Assembly (NCBI RefSeq): GCF_006345805.1
Contig: NC_042999.1
Span: 164,796,001-164,860,000, forward strand
DNA length: 64,000 nucleotides
Reading direction: 5' to 3'
DNA from: Octopus sinensis
Taxonomy: Eukaryota
The position numbers and the translations under genes are program-made. Of this stretch, positions 62,480 to 64,000 are shown piece by piece. Positions within the stretch are counted from its first letter, which is position 1, and every line of letters begins with the position of its first letter. Under the pieces are notes generated by a model that worked only from the letters and a program-made list of their open reading frames with translations, was not told the origin of the DNA and searched no databases.

Positions 62480-63718
62480 ATTAGTTAGAACAAAAAGAAA
62501 CAATAAAATTCTGTACTGTAAATACCTGGATAACTCTTTTTTTAAGATGAGAAGTGCTTTGACAAGCCAAGCAAGAAGGCAAGCATCTTGAAATCACCAC
62601 AAACATCCCACTTGAACTCAGTGTAATTTATTTTGTCGAGAAGTTCTTTGACATTGGAATGTGCAAGAGGCAAAGAAGGATATTTATTTCCATTGTGGAG
62701 CAACACTGCTTTGAGACTTCGTGTTGAGCTACGTACAGTTGCCATTCTGTAGAATCATGCTTGAGTCCAATAACAGTAAACAAACCAATCACATCTTTAC
62801 AATAATACAGATCATTAATATTTTCACAGTAGATTTCAAATTCTTCATGGCATTTCCAGTACAGAGATGTCTTTCAGTCTTCCCCCATTCCTTCAACCTT
62901 GATGAAAGAAGTTCAGCTCCTGACTTAGTAAGACCCAGATCCCCGATTAAATCATCTAGCTCACTCTGATTTGGAAAATGAGTCTCTGAAGTCGTTCTTG
63001 GTACAAAAGCTTCCTCCATTTCTTGGCTGCTGCTACTTGTTGACTCTTCAGATGAAATATTTTCTGGTGGTAGTGATACTCATAAACTGTCATCATGTGG
63101 GACAGGTGCTCTAGATAATGGTATGTCTGGATACGGAAGACCTTGTCTTCCTTTCACTTTTCTGTACTTTGTCACATCGATCATATAAATGTAACAGTTA
63201 TCGTGATGGTTCTTTGGCTCTCTCCATACCCTTGGAATGGCAAAAGGCATTGACCTTCCTGTACCTCTTAACCATCCTTCAAGAGAAGATCGACAGTTTC
63301 TACATATCACATGTGGGGCCCATGGTTTGTCTTAGTCACCCATGGGTATTCTGAAATAGTCTGTACACTATCCACAATTTGGCACCTTTCACGATCTTAT
63401 GTAATACCTGCTTTTTTCCAATATAATAACCACACACATAGCAAAATGTATCTGGAGAATTTTTACATACTCTAGTAGCCATCCTGAAAGTAGCAGAACT
63501 TAGTAATTGGTCTGAAAGAGAAAATTAGACATACATTTAGTAGCGGGACATTATAACAATACCGAATGCACGATAATATTGAAAAGTCGACATATTTTCT
63601 TAACTGTTGATGATGCACAAAAAATAATTTTATTTTTGGAATCAGCAGAAAAAATGGATTGATAAACACAAAAAAAAAATACAATAAACAAAATTTTTTT
63701 GAAGACTGTTACGTTGTG
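62480..63718 (-). mobile_element. CMC-superfamily (Chapaev3-like) transposase remnant
   Basis: TFCYVCG, MPFAIPRVWREPKNHHDNCY, QSELDDLIGDLGLTKSGAELLSSRLKEW, LHNGNKYPSLPLAHS, WDVCGDFKMLAFLLG; terminal CACAACGTAACA at 63718. The superfamily assignment is from memory. Confidence 0.7.
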
Positions 63719-63814
63719 TAATTAGCTGGAGAAGTAGGACAGGGAGACATATAACCAGACCAACCAGAAGTCTTTGCTGCTGAATGGGGAAAGTGGAATC
63801 AATATATGTTCAAA

Positions 63815-63965
63815 CGCAGTCCTAAGTTTAAATTCTGCCAAGGTCGACTTTGCCTTTCATCCCTTCGGGGACGATAAAATAAGTACTAGTTGAGAACTGG
63901 GGTCGATGTAATTTACTTAACCCCTTTCCCACAACTGCTGGCCTTGTGTCAAAGTTTGAAACCAA
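63815..63965 (+). mobile_element. SINE B body fragment
   Basis: aagtttaaattctgccaaggtcgactttgcctttcatcc. Confidence 0.8.
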
Positions 63966-64000
63966 TATATGTTCAAACACCATCTTCCATAGAGTAATCT

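Overview
AT-rich, repeat-dense eukaryotic DNA, most likely from an Octopus genome (inferred from the tRNA-derived SINE families and the (TA)n/(TACA)n/(GATA)n microsatellite load). The only host gene I can identify confidently is missed by the ORF track. It is the first coding exon of a conventional protein kinase C (PKC alpha/beta/gamma group, Aplysia Apl I type) on the minus strand at 33157-33009, with a long pyrimidine-rich leader and a CpG-rich upstream region. I could not find exon 2 anywhere in 1-33008, so most of the left half is probably a very long intron 1. The rest is transposon debris: Tc1/mariner, hAT, Chapaev3-like, Helitron, Ty3/gypsy, RTE and R4/NeSL-like LINE remnants, many SINEs, MITEs and foldback inverted repeats. 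The most interesting signal is at 42200-43133: a head-to-head dimer of a short element built as tRNA-like Pol III head + (AAT)n + minimal type I hammerhead ribozyme, flanked as one unit by a 12-bp target-site duplication. A second hammerhead-bearing repeat family and several near-perfect long hairpins are also present. CpG content rises sharply at about 14.4 kb. No database searches were possible, so all family assignments come from remembered motifs.
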